Of a stretch of 17,441 bases of DNA, positions 15,910-17,441 are shown piece after piece. Under the pieces are notes generated by a model that was not told the origin of the DNA, did not search any database, and saw only the letters and a list, made by a program, of their open reading frames with translations. Position 1 is the stretch's first letter. Each line of letters starts with the position of its first letter. Source of the stretch: Candidatus Parcubacteria bacterium. Lineage in GTDB: Bacteria; Patescibacteriota; Patescibacteriia; SG8-24. Both the position numbers and the translations under genes were made by a program. The stretch covers positions 1 through 17,441 of the forward strand of contig JBEEJS010000048.1 in NCBI GenBank assembly GCA_041169025.1, written 5' to 3'.

Positions 15910-16899
15910 GTGAACAAGTCGATCGTCGCAGCGCTCCTGGCGCTCATGACGGCACGCAGCGCGCAGGCGCAGGACAACCGCACGACTGATGCTACGGCCG
16001 CGAATCACGCGGACGCGACGACGGACGACACCCCCTATCGGCTGCATCTCCGGATGAGCGGCCTCGAGGACCAGCTCTCCATCCTGGAGCAGCAGCATAT
16101 CGCCGACGGCAAGCGCCTGGATCAGCTGAACGAAAGGCTCGACCTGGCGCATCAGCGCGAGATCCTTGCCGACGAGCGCATGCGCGCGATGGAATCCGAC
16201 CTGCACGACCTGCAGGACAAGGTGGATTACCGGATGTACCACTTCGGCATCGGCACGGCCTTCGGGCCGGGCGGACCGCGGATGGCGATCGAGAGCCGGT
16301 TGAACTGGCTCAAGCTCACCTACTTCCCTGCCAAGGGACTCCAAACCCTGGCGGCACCGCAAGTCTACTTCGGCGAGCGCGTGGTCTGGCAACCGTTCGG
16401 CGTCGGTTTCATCATCTATCAGACTCGCGACGACGCCTTCTCGTCGCGCTGGCTGCGGCAATCGTTCGCGTTCGTCGGCGAGTCGGCGCTGGAAATCGAT
16501 CTGGTCGACATCCCGAACGTGATCCGTCTCGGTCTGCGGGCAGGCGTCAGCGTCTACGTGCCGAATCCGTTCGATGTCGTCAAGCCGGTGTACAACGACG
16601 TGAAGACGGACGTGAACACGGTGACGGACGCCGCGAACGACTTCGTCAGCATCTCCAAGAAGCTGGCGACGAAGCACCTGCCGCCTACGGGACTGGAGAA
16701 CGCATCGCTTGACGACCTGAAGGCGATTGAGCAGACCGACCCAGGTCAGCTGAATTCCTTCACGCCAAGCGAGGTCTACCTGCTCAATCACAAGATCCAA
16801 TCGCACGCCACCGATCACACGGCATCCACGGCGAAAGCGCTCACCGGACCGCTGACGCAGCCCACGGTGATGCTGAGCATCGTGGCGCGGTTCCCGTAG
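15910..16899 (+). CDS. Secreted or envelope protein: signal peptide, Thr/Asp/Ala-rich linker, coiled-coil, then a beta-rich C-terminal domain (329 aa); hypothetical
   Basis: GTG start at 15910 with a GGAGGA RBS 4-5 nt upstream gives VNKSIVAALLALMTARSAQAQD (signal peptide, AQA cleavage site). A heptad-like region follows (LEDQLSILEQQHIADGKRLDQLNERLDLAHQREIL), then a beta-rich domain. The ORF-track GTG start at 15859 precedes the RBS. Confidence 0.55.
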   Translation: MNKSIVAALLALMTARSAQAQDNRTTDATAANHADATTDDTPYRLHLRMSGLEDQLSILEQQHIADGKRLDQLNERLDLAHQREILADERMRAMESDLHDLQDKVDYRMYHFGIGTAFGPGGPRMAIESRLNWLKLTYFPAKGLQTLAAPQVYFGERVVWQPFGVGFIIYQTRDDAFSSRWLRQSFAFVGESALEIDLVDIPNVIRLGLRAGVSVYVPNPFDVVKPVYNDVKTDVNTVTDAANDFVSISKKLATKHLPPTGLENASLDDLKAIEQTDPGQLNSFTPSEVYLLNHKIQSHATDHTASTAKALTGPLTQPTVMLSIVARFP

Positions 16900-16925
16900 C
16901 GCACGAAACGTCAAAAATCCCCTTA

Positions 16926-16958
16926 AAAGACCGTCGCTGCATGCGGCGGTCTTTTCTT
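16926..16958 (+). terminator. Rho-independent terminator after the secreted-protein gene
   Basis: aaaagaccgtcgc-tgcat-gcggcggtcttttctt: 9-bp stem with one G-U pair. Same loop sequence as the 40-bp repeat hairpins. Confidence 0.7.
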
Positions 16959-16998
16959 GTCAATACATATTGACAAATTCGCTCTTTTTTGGTACCCT
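16957..16998 (+). promoter_or_regulatory. Promoter with an operator-like 20-bp palindrome overlapping the -35 element (TTGTCAATA-ca-TATTGACAA), and an extended -10 TGgTACCCT
   Basis: Perfect 9-bp inverted arms at 16957-16965 and 16968-16976. -35 TTGACA at 16971-16976, a 16-nt spacer ending in TGg, and TACCCT at 16993-16998. The AAGAGG RBS and the ATG at 17046 follow. Confidence 0.5.
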
Positions 16999-17045
16999 CA
17001 GGCCAATCCCGAATCGGGAGATCCCTGTCAAAAAAGAGGTTTACG

Positions 17046-17441
17046 ATGACGTACGTTTCACGTTTTCTGACCCTGTTTTCCCTGCTCTCGGCCAACGTGG
17101 CCCTGGCGCAAGACGCGACTGCCGCGCTCCCCGATGCCAGCGAGAGCGTGACCGTCACCGAGGCGCCCGCACCGGCAGACGCAGCCTCCACGGCGGTCAC
17201 GACGGATGTCGCCGTGCCCGCTGCCACGACCGATGCCGCAGCCCCCGTGACCGCCGCCCCGGCGGACGCGGACGCGCGCATCACGGCACTCGAAGCCGCG
17301 TTGCAGCAGGAGCGCGAGACGTCGCGTCTCGACTTCGAGCAATTGGCGTCTGCCAATTCCCACCTCCGGAATCGCGTCACCCTGCTCGAGGGCCGCGTAC
17401 TGGAAGTGGAACATGCCACGCAGTACCGCCAGTTCACCGCC
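17046..17441 (+). CDS. Secreted protein, partial (3' end off the window): signal peptide, Ala/Thr/Pro/Asp-rich low-complexity linker, then the start of a coiled-coil
   Basis: aagagg RBS 8 nt upstream of the ATG at 17046. MTYVSRFLTLFSLLSANVALAQDA signal peptide, then TEAPAPADAASTAVTTDVAVPAATTDAAAPVTAAPADA, then ITALEAALQQERETSRLDFEQL... The architecture parallels the 15910 gene. It is not in the ORF track because no stop falls inside the window. Confidence 0.55.
   Translation, partial: MTYVSRFLTLFSLLSANVALAQDATAALPDASESVTVTEAPAPADAASTAVTTDVAVPAATTDAAAPVTAAPADADARITALEAALQQERETSRLDFEQLASANSHLRNRVTLLEGRVLEVEHATQYRQFTA

Noticed and set aside
14840-16914. - strand ORFs 14840-15868 and 15895-16914 antisense to the MerR/TipAS and secreted-protein genes
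   Set aside because: Shadow ORFs. The + strand frames have a clear MerR HTH and TipAS motifs, and a signal peptide.
16841-17437. - strand ORFs 16841-17437 and 17058-17414
   Set aside because: Antisense to the signal-peptide gene starting at 17046, which has a good RBS. A/S/G/R-rich translations.

Overview
High-GC (about 65-70%) bacterial chromosomal window with compact genes on both strands and many hairpin plus T-run terminators. Genes I can support:
- a 632-aa aldehyde-dehydrogenase-superfamily protein
- a small Cys-rich membrane protein
- an ABC-F (Uup-like) ATPase
- two hypothetical proteins, one of them a lipoprotein
- a tandem pair of paralogous LOG/SLOG-fold Rossmann proteins followed by a small ribbon-helix-helix (RHH) regulator; the RHH gene is bracketed by a perfect 40-bp direct repeat that is itself a terminator hairpin
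- an ABC-2 exporter (ATPase plus permease)
- a glutathione S-transferase abutting a truncated N-terminal-half MFS transporter
- a full-length bacterial homolog of the eukaryotic Major Vault Protein (MVP), about 852 aa
- a divergent MerR/TipAS-type regulator whose own promoter is a textbook MerR-type promoter: 19-bp spacer containing a perfect palindrome
- two signal-peptide/coiled-coil proteins downstream.
The long ORFs antisense to these genes are GC-driven shadow ORFs. The leads most worth follow-up are the MVP homolog and its regulatory neighbourhood, and the tandem LOG/SLOG pair with its RHH gene and repeat. No rRNA, tRNA, CRISPR array or transposase was recognised.
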